NCBI GenBank assembly: GCA_002269645.1
Contig: NIVC01001593.1
Location: 50,287-114,286 of the forward strand
DNA: 64,000 nt
Reading direction: 5' to 3'
From: Macrostomum lignano
Taxonomy: Eukaryota
Shown here: piece after piece, positions 1 through 11,499 of the stretch
How the letters are laid out: each line of letters begins with the position of its first letter
Numbering within the stretch: position 1 is the first letter of the stretch
Translations under genes and position numbers: made by a program
The notes under the pieces: generated by a model
What the model saw: only the letters and a program-made list of their open reading frames with translations
Database searches by the model: none
Told to the model about the DNA's origin: nothing

Positions 1-119
1 AGTAGCGACCGCAGGGTGAAAATGCGACGCTGTAGACTGGCTCGCGATGGTTGCAGAACACCTGAGCGCAGGCACCGGCCTCCACGTCCCATAGGCGCAC
101 TGTGGCATCAAAGCTGGCG
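1..119 (-). CDS. TBL1X: TBL1-like exon 7 (runs off the left edge of the window)
   Basis: CCAG|C GCC AGC TTT gives (S)[39 protein letters not shown], the TBL1 WD40 continuation. Phase 2 fits exon 6. Confidence 0.92.
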
Positions 120-182
120 CTGGTTTGGGCATTGGATTATGAGATGGATTAGCGAGTAGTTGGCGGGATGCTTGAGACAAAC

Positions 183-833
183 CTGAGGATCAGGGAGGCT
201 GGCTGCTCAGCATGAGGATCTGGGAGGCTGGCTGCTCAGCCTGAGGATCTGGGAGGCTGGCTGCTCAGCCTGAGGATCTGGGAGGCTGGCTGCTCAGTCT
301 GAGGATCTGGGAGGCTGGCTGCTCAGCCTGAGGATCTGGGAGGCTGGCTGCTCAGTCTGAGGATCTGGGAGGCTGGCTGCTCAGCATGAGGATCTGGGAG
401 GCTGGCTGCTCAGCATGAGGATCTAGGAGGCTGGCTGCTCAGTCTGAGGATCTGGGAGGCTGGCTGCTCAGCCTGAGGATCTGGGAGGCTGGCTGCTCAG
501 CCTGAGGATCTGGGAGGCTGGCTGCTCAGCCTGAGGATCTAGGAGGCTGGCTGCTCAGCCTGAGGATCTGGGAGGCTGGCTGCTCAGTCTGAGGATCTGG
601 GAGGCTGGCTGCTCAGCCTGAGGATCTGGGAGGCTGGCTGCTCAGCCTGAGGATCTGGGAGGCTGGCTGCTCAGTCTGAGGATCTGGGAGGCTGGCTGCT
701 CAGTCTGAGGATCTGGGAGGCTGGCTGCTCAGCATGAGGATCTGGGAGGCTGGCTGCTCAGCATGAGGATCTAGGAGGCTGGCTGCTCAGTCTGAGGATC
801 TGGGAGGCTGGCTGCTCAGCATGAGGATCTGGG
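183..833 (+). repeat. 29-bp minisatellite (TGAGGATCTGGGAGGCTGGCTGCTCAGCC)n in TBL1 intron 6
   Basis: Direct tandem periodicity of 29 bp, about 22 copies. Confidence 0.95.
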
Positions 834-899
834 ATGTTGACGGTAGCCCAGCAACTGAGGATTTACAGCATCAAACGAGACCCAGCATTGCGGACATAC

Positions 900-1224
900 C
901 TGGCCAGATAGAGGTTGGCATTGGGATTCCTCGTATTGTATCCGGTGGGGCTCCACTTAATAGTATAGATCTCCTTCTGGTGGGCCTTGAAGTCGTGCAC
1001 AAGGGAGCCGCGGTCGACAGACCAGAGTTTCAACGTCATGTCATCAGAGCAGGAGGCCAGCAGCTGGCCGCGGGGATCCCACTTGATAGCGTTGACTTCG
1101 TTGGAGTGGCCGCGAAACGTTTTGATTGGAGAGTCGGAGCCGAGGCGGCACACTTGGATGCTCTGATCGGTGGAGCAGCTGGCAAAGGTCTCATTGTCTT
1201 TCCAGTCGACATCCAGTGCGGGAG
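900..1224 (-). CDS. TBL1X: TBL1-like exon 6
   Basis: [20 protein letters not shown]...[13 protein letters not shown]...[12 protein letters not shown]...NLYLA; donor AG|GTATGT. Confidence 0.95.
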
Positions 1225-1327
1225 CTGGGCTCGGGCAGGTTAGCGGTGGCGGCAGCTTAGAATAGGGCTTTGGCTACTTTTTTGATAATCTTAAATAAGT
1301 ATAGATTTATTAATCTGCCGAGCTCAC

Positions 1328-1388
1328 CGGTGTGAAAGCTGAACTGCTGCTGCGCTTGGCCGGAGATTGCGTCCCAGATAATGGTGGT
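1328..1388 (-). CDS. TBL1X: TBL1-like exon 5
   Basis: CCCCAG|ACC; TTIIWDAISGQAQQQFSFHT; donor G|GTGAGC. Confidence 0.92.
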
Positions 1389-1429
1389 CTGGGGAGGGTT
1401 CAGCCGGATAAGTGAACAGTAATTTGCCT

Positions 1430-2370
1430 GGTGAATATGTGAACTGATGCCACTGTGAATACGTGAACTGATGCCCCTGTGAATATGTGAACTGATGCAC
1501 CTGTGAATGTGAACTGATGCCCCTGTGAATATGTGAACTGATGCCCCTGTGAATATGTGAACTGATGCCCCTGTGAATGTGAACTGATGCCCCTGTGAAT
1601 GTGAACTGATACCCCTGTGAATATGTGAACTGATGCCCCTGTGAATATGTGAACTGATGCCCCTGTGAATATGTGAACTGATGCCCAGTGAATACGTGAA
1701 CTGATGCCCCTGTGAATATGTGAACTGATGCCCCTGTGAATGTGTGAACTGATGCCCCTGTGAATATGTGAACTGATGCCCCTGTGAATGTGTGAACTGA
1801 TGCCCCTGTGAATATGTGAACTGATGCCCCTGTGAATATGTGAACTGATGCCCCTGTGAATATGTGAACTGATGCCCCTGTGAATATGTGAACTGATGCC
1901 CCTGTGAATATGTGAACTGATGCCCCTGTGAATATGTGAACTGATGCCCCTGTGAATATGTGAACTGATGCCCCTGTGAATATGTGAACTGATGCCCCTG
2001 TGAATATGTGAACTGATGCCCCTGTGAATATGTGAACCGATGCCCCTGTGAATACGTGAACTGATGCCCCTGTGAATACGTGAACTGATGCCCCTGTGAA
2101 TACGTGAACGGATGCCCTAGTGAATACGTGAACGGATGCCCTAGTGAATACGTGAACGGATGCCCCTGTGAATACGTGAACGGATGCCCTAGTGAATATG
2201 TGTACGGATGCCTAATTGAATGTGAACGGATGCCCTAGTGAATATGTGAACGGATGCCCTAGTGAATACGTGAACGGATGCCCCTGTGAATACGTGAACG
2301 GATGCCCTAGTGAATATCTGAACGGATGCCTAATTGAATGTGAACGGATGCCCGATTAAAATATGTGAAC
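1430..2370 (+). repeat. 24-bp minisatellite (GTGAATATGTGAACTGATGCCCCT)n in TBL1 intron 4
   Basis: 24-bp period with 22-bp variants; variant units (AACGGATGCCCTAGTG) cluster at the right end. Confidence 0.95.
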
Positions 2371-2441
2371 ATAAAGCTGTGAGAATCGAGAACACATGTG
2401 CCGCTCAAGTATAATAAATTAATCTAAAAATGTCAACGCAC

Positions 2442-2539
2442 CTTGTCCACACCGGCGCTCAATACACAGGTGCCCGCTTTGTTCCACTTCAGTGCAAAGA
2501 TCGGTCCCTTGTGCTGGCCCAGGGTGCACAGCAGGGTGC
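2442..2539 (-). CDS. TBL1X: TBL1-like exon 4
   Basis: TTTTCAG|GC; [32 protein letters not shown]; donor AAG|GTGCGT. Confidence 0.93.
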
Positions 2540-2623
2540 CTGAAAATATGGCCGGAGAAACGAGGGTGACACGATGTACTTCTTTAGACCAACGCTTGAA
2601 AGACTAAAAAATCCATGTCTCAC

Positions 2624-2687
2624 CATCGGTGGACCAGAGTCGAGCGAAGCCGTCGTAAGATCCCGTAGCTAGGCGGTTTCCATCGCA
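2624..2687 (-). CDS. TBL1X: TBL1-like exon 3
   Basis: TTTCAG|TGC; [22 protein letters not shown]; donor G|GTGAGA. Confidence 0.93.
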
Positions 2688-2717
2688 CTGAAATGCCGGT
2701 TCATTATCACGCGGTCA

Positions 2718-5700
2718 GAGAGCGATTCTCCCTGTGGGTGAGAGGGCGATTCTCAATATGGGTGAGAGGGAGGGTGATTCTCAGTGTGGGTGAGAGGGAG
2801 GGCGATTCTCAGTGTGGGTGAGAGGGAGGGCGATTCTCAATGTGGGTGAGAGGGCGATTCTCAGTGTGGGTGGGAGGGCGATTCTCAATGTGGGTGAGAG
2901 GGCGATTCTCAGTGTGGGTGAGAGGGAGGGCGATTCTCAGTGTGGGTGAGAGGGCGATTCTCAGTGTGGGTGAGAGGGCGATTCTCAGTGTGGGTGAGAG
3001 GGCGATTCTCAGTGTGGGTGAGAGGGCGATTCTCAGTGTGGGTGAGAGGGCGATTCTCAATATGGGTGAGAGGGAGGGCGATTCTCAATGTGGGTGAGAG
3101 GGCGATTCTCAGTGTGGGTGAGAGGGCGATTCTCAGTGTGGGTGAGAGGGTGATTCTCAGTGTGGGTGAGAGGGTGATTCTCAGTGTGGGTGAGAGGGAG
3201 GGCGATTCTCAGTGTGGGTGAGAGGGTGATTCTCAGTGTGGGTGAGAGGGAGGGCGATTCTCAGTGTGGGTGAGAGGGCGATTCTCAGTGTGGGTGAGAG
3301 GGCGATTCTCAATATGGGTGAGAGGGAGGGTGATTCTCAGTGTGGGTGAGAGGGCGATTCTCAGTGTGGGTGAGAGGGCGATTCTCAATATGGGTGAGAG
3401 GGAGGGCGATTCTCAGTGTGGGTGAGAGGGCGATTCTCAGTGTGGGTGAGAGGGCGATTCTCAGTGTGGGTGAGAGGGCGATTCTCAGTGTGGGTGAGAG
3501 GGCGATTCTCAGTGTGGGTGAGAGGGCGATTCTCAGTGTGGGTGAGAGGGAGGGCGATTCTCAATGTGGGTGAGAGGGCGATTCTCAGTGTGGGTGAGAG
3601 GGCGATTCTCAATATGGGTGAGAGGGAGGGTGATTCACAATGTGGGTGAGAGGGCGATTCTCAGTGTGGGTGAGAGGGCGATTCTCAGTGTGGGTGAGAA
3701 GGCGATTCTCAGTGTGGGTGAGAGGGAGGGCGATTCTCAGTGTGGGTGAGAGGGAGGGCGATTCTCAGTGTGGGTGAGAGGGCGATTCACAGTGTGGGTG
3801 AGAGGGCGATTCTCAATATGGGTGAGAGGGAGGGCGATTCTCAATGTGGGTGAGAGGGCGATTCTCAGTGTGGGTGAGAGGGAGGGTGATTCTCAGTGTG
3901 GGTGAGAGGGCGATTCTCAGTGTGGGTGAGAGGGCGATTCTCAATATGGGTGAGAGGGAGGGCGATTCTCAGTGTGGGTGAGAGGGCGATTCTCAGTGTG
4001 GGTGAGAGGGCGATTCTCAGTGTGGGTGAGAGGGCGATTCTCAGTGTGGGTGAGAGGGCGATTCTCAGTGTGGGTGAGAGGGCGATTCTCAGTGTGGGTG
4101 AGAGTGAGGGCGATTCTCAATGTGGGTGAGAGGGCGATTCTCAGTGTGGGTGAGAGGGCGATTCTCAATATGGGTGAGAGGGAGGGCGATTCTCAGTGTG
4201 GGTGAGAGGGCGATTCTCAGTGTGGGTGAGAGGGCGATTCTCAGTGTGGGTGAGAGGGCGATTCTCAGTGTGGGTGAGAGGGCGATTCTCAGTGTGGGTG
4301 AGAGGGCGATTCTCAATATGGGTGAGAGGGAGGGCGATTCTCAGTGTGGGTGAGAGGGCGATTCACAGTGTGGGTGAGAGGGCGATTCTCAATATGGGTG
4401 AGAGGGAGGGCGATTCTCAGTGTGGGTGAGAGGGCGATTCTCAGTGTGGGTGAGAGGGCGATTCTCAATATGGGTGAGAGGGAGGGCGATTCTCAGTGTG
4501 GGTGAGAGGGCGATTCTCAGTGTGGGTGAGAGGGCGATTCTCAGTGTGGGTGAGAGGGCGATTCTCAGTGTGGGTGAGAGGGCGATTCTCAGTGTGGGTG
4601 AGAGGGCGATTCTCAGTGTGGGTGAGAGGGCGATTCTCAGTGTGGGTGAGAGGGAGGGCGATTCTCAATGTGGGTGAGAGGGCGATTCTCAGTGTGGGTG
4701 AGAGGGCGATTCTCAATATGGGTGAGAGGGAGGGCGATTCTCAGTGTGGGTGAGAGGGCGATTCTCAGTGTGGGTGAGAGGGCGATTCTCAGTGTGGGTG
4801 AGAGGGCGATTCTCAGTGTGGGTGAGAGGGCGATTCTCAGTGTGGGTGAGAGGGAGGGCGATTCTCAATGTGGGTGAGAGGGCGATTCTCAGTGTGGGTG
4901 AGAGGGAGGGTGATTCTCAGTGTGGGTGAGAGGGCGATTCTCAGTGTGGGTGAGAGGGAGGGCGATTCTCAGTGTGGGTGAGAGGGCGATTCTCAGTGTG
5001 GGTGAGAAGGCGATTCTCAGTGTGGGTGAGAGGGAGGGCGATTCTCAGTGTGGGTGAGAGGGAGGGCGATTCTCAGTGTGGGTGAGAGGGCGATTCACAG
5101 TGTGGGTGAGAGGGCGATTCTCAATATGGGTGAGAGGGAGGGCGATTCTCAATGTGGGTGAGAGGGCGATTCTCAGTGTGGGTGAGAGGGAGGGTGATTC
5201 TCAGTGTGGGTGAGAGGGCGATTCTCAGTGTGGGTGAGAGGGCGATTCTCAATATGGGTGAGAGGGAGGGCGATTCTCAGTGTGGGTGAGAGGGCGATTC
5301 TCAGTGTGGGTGAGAGGGCGATTCTCAGTGTGGGTGAGAGGGCGATTCTCAGTGTGGGTGAGAGGGCGATTCTCAGTGTGGGTGAGAGGGCGATTCTCAG
5401 TGTGGGTGAGAGGGAGGGCGATTCTCAATGTGGGTGAGAGGGAGGGTGATTCTCAGTGTGGGTGAGAGGGAGGGTGATTCTCAGTGTGGGTGAGAGGGAG
5501 GGCGATTCTCAATGTGGGTGAGAGGGCGATTCTCAGTGTGGGTGAGAGGGCGATTCTCAATATGGGTGAGAGGGAGGGCGATTCTCAGTGTGGGTGAGAG
5601 GGCGATTCTCAGTGTGGGTGAGAGGGCGATTCTCAGTGTGGGTGAGAGGGCGATTCTCAGTGTGGGTGAGAGGGCGATTCTCAGTGTGGGTGAGAGGGCG

Positions 5701-7166
5701 ATTCTCAGTGTGGGTGAGAGGGCGATTCTCAGTGTGGGTGAGAGGGAGGGCGATTCTCAATGTGGGTGAGAGGGCGATTCTCAGTGTGGGTGAGAGGGCG
5801 ATTCTCAATATGGGTGAGAGGGAGGGCGATTCTCAGTGTGGGTGAGAGGGCGATTCTCAGTGTGGGTGAGAGGGCGATTCTCAGTGTGGGTGAGAGGGCG
5901 ATTCTCAGTGTGGGTGAGAGGGCGATTCTCAGTGTGGGTGAGAGGGCGATTCTCAGTGTGGGTGAGAGGGAGGGCGATTCTCAATGTGGGTGAGAGGGCG
6001 ATTCTCAGTGTGGGTGAGAGGGAGGGTGATTCTCAGTGTGGGTGAGAGGGCGATTCTCAGTGTGGGTGAGAGGGCGATTCTCAATATGGGTGAGAGGGAG
6101 GGCGATTCTCAGTGTGGGTGAGAGGGCGATTCTCAGTGTGGGTGAGAGGGCGATTCTCAGTGTGGGTGAGAGGGCGATTCTCAGTGTGGGTGAGAGGGCG
6201 ATTCTCAGTGTGGGTGAGAGGGCGATTCTCAGTGTGGGTGAGAGGGAGGGCGATTCTCAATGTGGGTGAGAGGGCGATTCTCAGTGTGGGTGAGAGGGAG
6301 GGTGATTCTCAGTGTGGGTGAGAGGGCGATTCTCAGTGTGGGTGAGAGGGCGATTCTCAATATGGGTGAGAGGGAGGGCGATTCTCAATGTGGGTGAGAG
6401 GGCGATTCTCAGTGTGGGTGAGAGGGCGATTCTCAGTGTGGGTGAGAGGGAGGGTGATTCTCAGTGTGGGTGAGAGGGAGGGCGATTCTCAGTGTGGGTG
6501 AGAGGGCGATTCTCAGTGTGGGTGAGAGGGCGATTCTCAGTGTGGGTGAGAGGGAGGGTGATTCTCAGTGTGGGTGAGAGGGAGGGCGATTCTCAGTGTG
6601 GGTGAGAGGGCGATTCTCAGTGTGGGTGAGAGGGCGATTCTCAGTGTGGGTGAGAGGGCGATTCACAGTGTGGGTGAGAGGGCGATTCTCAATATGGGTG
6701 AGAGGGAGGGTGATTCTCAGTGTGGGTGAGAGGGCGATTCTCAGTGTGGGTGAGAGGGCGATTCTCAGTGTGGGTGAGAGGGAGGGCGATTCTCAGTGTG
6801 GGTGAGAGGGCGATTCACAGTGTGGGTGAGAAGGCGATTCTCAATATGGGTGAGAGGGAGGGTGATTCTCAGTGTGGGTGAGAGGGAGGGTGATTCTCAG
6901 TGTGGGTGAGAGGGAGGGTGATTCTCAGTGTGGGTGAGAGGGAGGGCGATTCTCAGTGTGGGTGAGAGGGAGGGTGATTCTCAGTGTGGGTGAGAGGGAG
7001 GGCGATTCTCAATGTGGGTGAGAGGGAGGGTGATTCTCAGTGTGGGTGAGAGGGAGGGTGATTCTCAGTGTGGGTGAGAGGGAGGGTGATTCTCAGTGTG
7101 GGTGAGAGGGAGGGCGATTCTCAATGTGGGTGAGAGGGAGGGCGATTCTCAATGTGGGTGAGAGGG
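2718..7166 (+). repeat. 24/28-bp G-rich minisatellite (GAGAGGGCGATTCTCAGTGTGGGT)n, ~4.45 kb, in TBL1 intron 2
   Basis: 24-bp unit with a 28-bp variant (+GAGG). Higher-order block repeats are visible (offsets of 556 and 1092 bp). Confidence 0.96.
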
Positions 7167-7236
7167 TCCTGCGCTCTAGGGGATTAAGGATAGACAAAGG
7201 CGTGAATATAGGCAAGCAAAGTAACAAACGACTCAC

Positions 7237-7847
7237 ATTCCAATCCAGAGAAGTGACATCCTTGTTGCTAGGCACATCGAGGCCGCCTTTACTAATGCAA
7301 TGCTTCAGCACCAGCTGCTTCTTGGCCTCGCCGGCCGAGGCCAGGTCCGTGGCGTCCCAGATTCGGGCCGTTGAATCTCCGGATCCCGAGGCCAGCAAGT
7401 CGGTCTTGGGATTCCAAGCGCAGATGAACACCTCGGACTCGTGACCGCGCAGCACCGTCACCCTGTTGGCTGGGAAGTAGCCTCCACCACCGCCGCCTCC
7501 GCTGCTCTCCGCGTCCATAGCAACGGCCTGGTGATGGTTGCTATGGTCATCTTCGCCGCCGTTATGCGCCTCAGGTTTCATTCGGCCTCCGCCTCGTCGA
7601 TTTCGCTCAGCTTCGGCGACCTGCTTTTTGCGCATGTCAACAACCTCTGGCATCACCGAGTCGATTAGGGACAGGGACTCCACCACTCTCTCTGAGCCGC
7701 CATCGCCTATGCTGATTTCGGCCTCGGTGTACTGCAGGCCCTTCTGGATGATCTGCAACAGAGCGGCCGGCGGCACCATGGAGCCGTTGATGTTCGTGCT
7801 GGAGATGTGGCTCTCGACACCGAATAGGTAGGCAGAGTGCAGGTAGC
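7237..7847 (-). CDS. TBL1X: TBL1-like exon 2 (LisH, linker, first WD40)
   Basis: CGCAG|GC acceptor; GYLHSAYLFGVESHIS...LRGHESEVFICAWNP...NKDVTSLDWN; donor AAT|GTGAGT. Phases fit both neighbouring exons. Confidence 0.95.
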
Positions 7848-7965
7848 CTGCGGTGCACGAGTTTGATAGAAATTGTAACAGAATTTCAAGAAAACGTTTC
7901 GTTTGATAATTAATGAAGACTTCTTGGTAATATGTATTATGTAACAAGTTGCATGAAATGCCTAC

Positions 7966-8023
7966 CTGACTCCTGAAGATATCTAAACACGAGAAAGTTG
8001 ACTTCATCACTGCTAAAACTCAT
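7966..8023 (-). CDS. TBL1X: TBL1X/TBL1XR1 (ebi)-like F-box-like/WD40 protein, exon 1 (start codon)
   Basis: ATG at 8023 gives MSFSSDEVNFLVFRYLQES-G, matching the TBL1 LisH N-terminus (MSITSDEVNFLVYRYLQESG). Donor G|GTAGGC, phase 1. Confidence 0.93.
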
Positions 8024-9207
8024 TGCATTGGATTCCAATTAGTCTGCTAGCCAATGGCGAATTGCAGATTGCTGCGATCCTGAAGTCATTTTAATTTATG
8101 TTTATTATTGCCACACTTATGGCTATACCATTTTTATTAGTGCAATAATTTGTTCACCCTTGACTTGGTATAGCCATTAGCATTGCAGTAGCAACTATAA
8201 TAATATATGCTATTCTATGCCTATGTCAGTTTTAAGTAATACTTGGCTTTGAGTTTGGTTTAAAAGTAGGCTAGCAGTATAATATACTTTACAAACTCCC
8301 TTTAACTATGCTAGATATTATCTGTAATAATCACATTTAAACAGGGTTCTTTATTTCATAGCTAATAACTATAAATTAGTATTTCTATTTATTTTTAAAG
8401 CTTTTAATATAATAGATATAATAGTATTGGCATTACCTATAAACATTTATAATCCCTAATATCTGCTAGATAGACAAAAATTTTCTAAAAAAGTTTCTCT
8501 ATTGATAAACTGATATAAAGCTAAGGAACCCAGTAATTATCCTTTTTACCTTATTTCAATTATAGCATAAGCAAGTCTAGTCAAAAGAAGCCTTGTTCTC
8601 TATAATCTAAAAGAAAAACAATATAAAAATAATATTTAGACATTCTTTTCATTTCTATTCTCTTAAATTTAAATTTTAGTTATATTTATTCCTACTATAG
8701 TTTATAGACAGATAATAATTGGTAGGCCCTTAGCTTTTATCTTATTGGCTATAGGATATTTTAGCAAAGTAATGTTTTAGTAAATCACAAAAGTTTTATT
8801 TTCTGCAAAGCATTATAATGTTTTGGAAAATTCAAAAAGGTATTAAAAATAACAAAGTTAAAGTAACAAATAGGTAGAAAGGAGATAGGGAAAGTAGGCT
8901 TGGCAATTGTATCATATCTAAAATGATGGCAAAGCCTAGAGATAGCTTATATTATACACTATATGTGCTTGCATTAGTCAAGTGATTTGAAAAAATTGTG
9001 ACATTCTTATTGACTAAAATATACAATCATGCAAATTAAATGCAATAATGTATATTTTATTTGTAATATGATAAAAAAGACTTTTCATATCTTTTCTGCC
9101 ATTTTTCTTTTTTTAAATTGGCTTTTGAAAATAATATAATTGCAAAATAGAAAATAAATTTAAAAAAACTAGAAAAAATATGATTTTAACAACAGAGTAG
9201 GCCTACC

Positions 9208-10372
9208 TATAGACACAGTGGCTGTGTCTATAATATTTGAGCTTATAGGCATGGCTATAATCATCAATATAAAATGCATGTTTTGTAGGGCCCTCTTATA
9301 AGCAAGTGGTGGCTTAGTGAGTATGTTGATTGCCTTGTGATTGCAAGTAGCTAGGTTTGAATCCCAAGTGGTTGAAGTTTTTTTTAATTTGAATTTTTTT
9401 AGCAAACAGAAAATTTTCTATCTTGAACTTTTTAAGTTTAAAAAATAAATTAAAATAAATTAAATTAATTTTATTAATAAGAGTAACACTAAATCTTAAA
9501 GTGCGACAAATATGTATCGAAAAATTATTTCTTTCCAGTAGCTACATATATAATTGTGGCGGCACTCTTAAGAATTAATTTAATTTAATTTTTTAAAAAA
9601 ACTAAAATAAAAAACTCAGACTTTTCAATCAATCAATCTTTTCACCTGATTGATGATTATATACATGCCAGGTTGCAGATGGTATGCATGTATGCCAGAA
9701 CTTTTCTGGCATACAAAACGGCCACCCTAAGTCCTTGGCGTATACAATCGATGTACACAACCCTTGGCGCACTTTGTTGGCGTACACTATTGGCATACAC
9801 AAGTAACACAGCCATGCATACTTTTTTGGCGTATAAATTTTGGTGAATAAATTCATGCCGTGCATGAAAATTGTAATGTAAATTAATGTTTTTATGTAAA
9901 GTAAAGGAAAATTTATGTTGTCAATGATAAACTTTTTGCTTCTTTTAAATTAATAATAAATAAAATTAGTGTAAATTTTTGCTAAGAGTATTAATTTTGC
10001 ATCATATTTTTTGTAGGTATAATTTAAGTTTGTTTAAATTGAAAATATTCATAATATCTTAAAAACACTTTTCATACGAAAGCCTTTCTTAGAAAACTCT
10101 ACTTGTGAAAACTGAATGCCCTTTTTTAAGAATTATTTGTGTACATTTTAGTGCAACTTTTTGTTTTTGGTGTACACTGGCATACAAAGTCCTTGACACC
10201 TGAATTTTTTCTGGCATACACGGGTACATGATCCATACACTGGTATACATGGCGATGGTAGCCATGCCTATAAGCTCCAATATTAGAGACAGGGCCATCC
10301 ACCATGTCTCTAAGTGTGAACCCATTCAATATTAATGACATGGCCACCCACCATGTTTCTAAGTGTGAACCC
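9208..10372. repeat. AT-rich degraded repeat or possible non-autonomous DNA element that received the LTR insertion
   Basis: 26-bp inverted repeat with 1 mismatch (9232-9257 vs 10259-10284); 11-bp-stem hairpin at 9208-9232; recurring GGCATACA motifs; ~49-bp local tandem unit at 10279-10372 that resumes after 20828. Confidence 0.4.
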
Positions 10373-11428
10373 TGTGGCAGGCGGATGCCACTATTGATTT
10401 TTAGTGAATGGGACCTGTGACGGTGACTAATTTTGACTGTCCGCGTGATGCTTCGTTTCTGTTTTTTTCCTTAGCATGGTTCGAGTCCAACCTTTCCCCG
10501 AGTTGGACTTCGTCCATCGGGTTTGTCCACCGTTTAATCCACGCGGTGTTCATGCATGCCCTCATACTGGAGGTTTGTTAAAATGCGCTCATTACGGTAA
10601 CTTTTGCGAAAATCCATGTTGTGAATGGTGCGTGCCCATCACCTAGCCCAGCCGTTGCTCCATTGTGAGAACCATTTCTGCGGTCTATTTAAACCCCTTA
10701 TCTTTTGGTGTAATTGCTCTCTCTCTCCCTCTCTCTCCCGCTCCCTTTCTCTTCCTCTTCTGTGCCCGCGTTTTTTTTCCTTTCTGTTTGTACTTAATAT
10801 TCAGCGCGCCCAGTTGTATTAAATCCCGATCGCATTCAGCACCCAGGTACCGCCTGCGAACATCATCCTCGTTGATAATAATAATATTATTTACTTTCGC
10901 CTGCTTACAGTTAATAATAATAACGTTAACCATTAACCATACATTAATCTATATTTATCCGTTGACATTAAGCCATAGCATTTTATTGAATCATTTGCCT
11001 GTGGGGCATAAAATAACCAAGTCCTCATCTCAAAGATAGCTCTGGGACTTATCCGTTCTGTAATACGTAAATTACGGTGGTGGCAGCAACTACCCTACTG
11101 AAAGTAGCAAACTCAGCTATTCGACGCATTATTTTACAGAGTCAGGAATCTCCAATTACAGTGTTTCATCGATTTGAACGACCTCGCCGCTACACGACCA
11201 CTCCGCTACGATTACGACTACCCTCCCCCCGGACTTGAGAACCCGGCAGCCGGAGTAAAAGGAGAAAGATTTTCCTGTTGAGATTCGTCTGCGCGATTTT
11301 CCCGGTTTTATTCGTGCGAACTCAACATTCGGCGGAAATTCAAACGAGGAATCTGCCCCAGCTCACTGGTGTCAGCAAATTTTCAAAACCGCCCAATTTC
11401 CAAGAAAATCTCCTCCACCCCCGCCTCA
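10373..11428 (+). repeat. 5' LTR (1056 bp)
   Basis: Begins TGTGGCAGGCGG, ends CCCCGCCTCA. By manual comparison about 15 substitutions and 1 indel against the 3' LTR. TATTTAAA TATA-like box near 10686. Confidence 0.96.
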
Positions 11429-11429
11429 T

Positions 11430-11450
11430 TGGTGGTCAGCTAAGTGGGAT
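11430..11450 (+). promoter_or_regulatory. Primer-binding site, degenerate tRNA-Leu type
   Basis: TGGTGGTCAGCTAAGTGGGAT 1 nt after the LTR. Resembles TGGTGTCAGAAGTGGGAT (complement of the tRNA-Leu(CAA) 3' end) with small insertions. Confidence 0.7.
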
Positions 11451-11499
11451 AACGAGACGCCAAAACCCTTTCAACGAGTTGTTCAAACGCTACACTACT

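Noticed and set aside
2809-6805. Dozens of ORFs such as MWVRGRFS..., MRIALSPTL... and GERAILSV...
   Set aside because: Translations of the 24/28-bp intronic minisatellite; the frames break at every 28-bp variant.
7093-8010. 305-aa ORF as the literal TBL1 N-terminus
   Set aside because: It reads through intron 1 and into intron 2; the true start is at 8023 in a separate exon.
10625-11039. Short ORFs inside the LTR (repeated at 20026, 25495 and 30964)
   Set aside because: They recur only because the LTR is repeated; AT-rich and low-complexity, with no coding signature.
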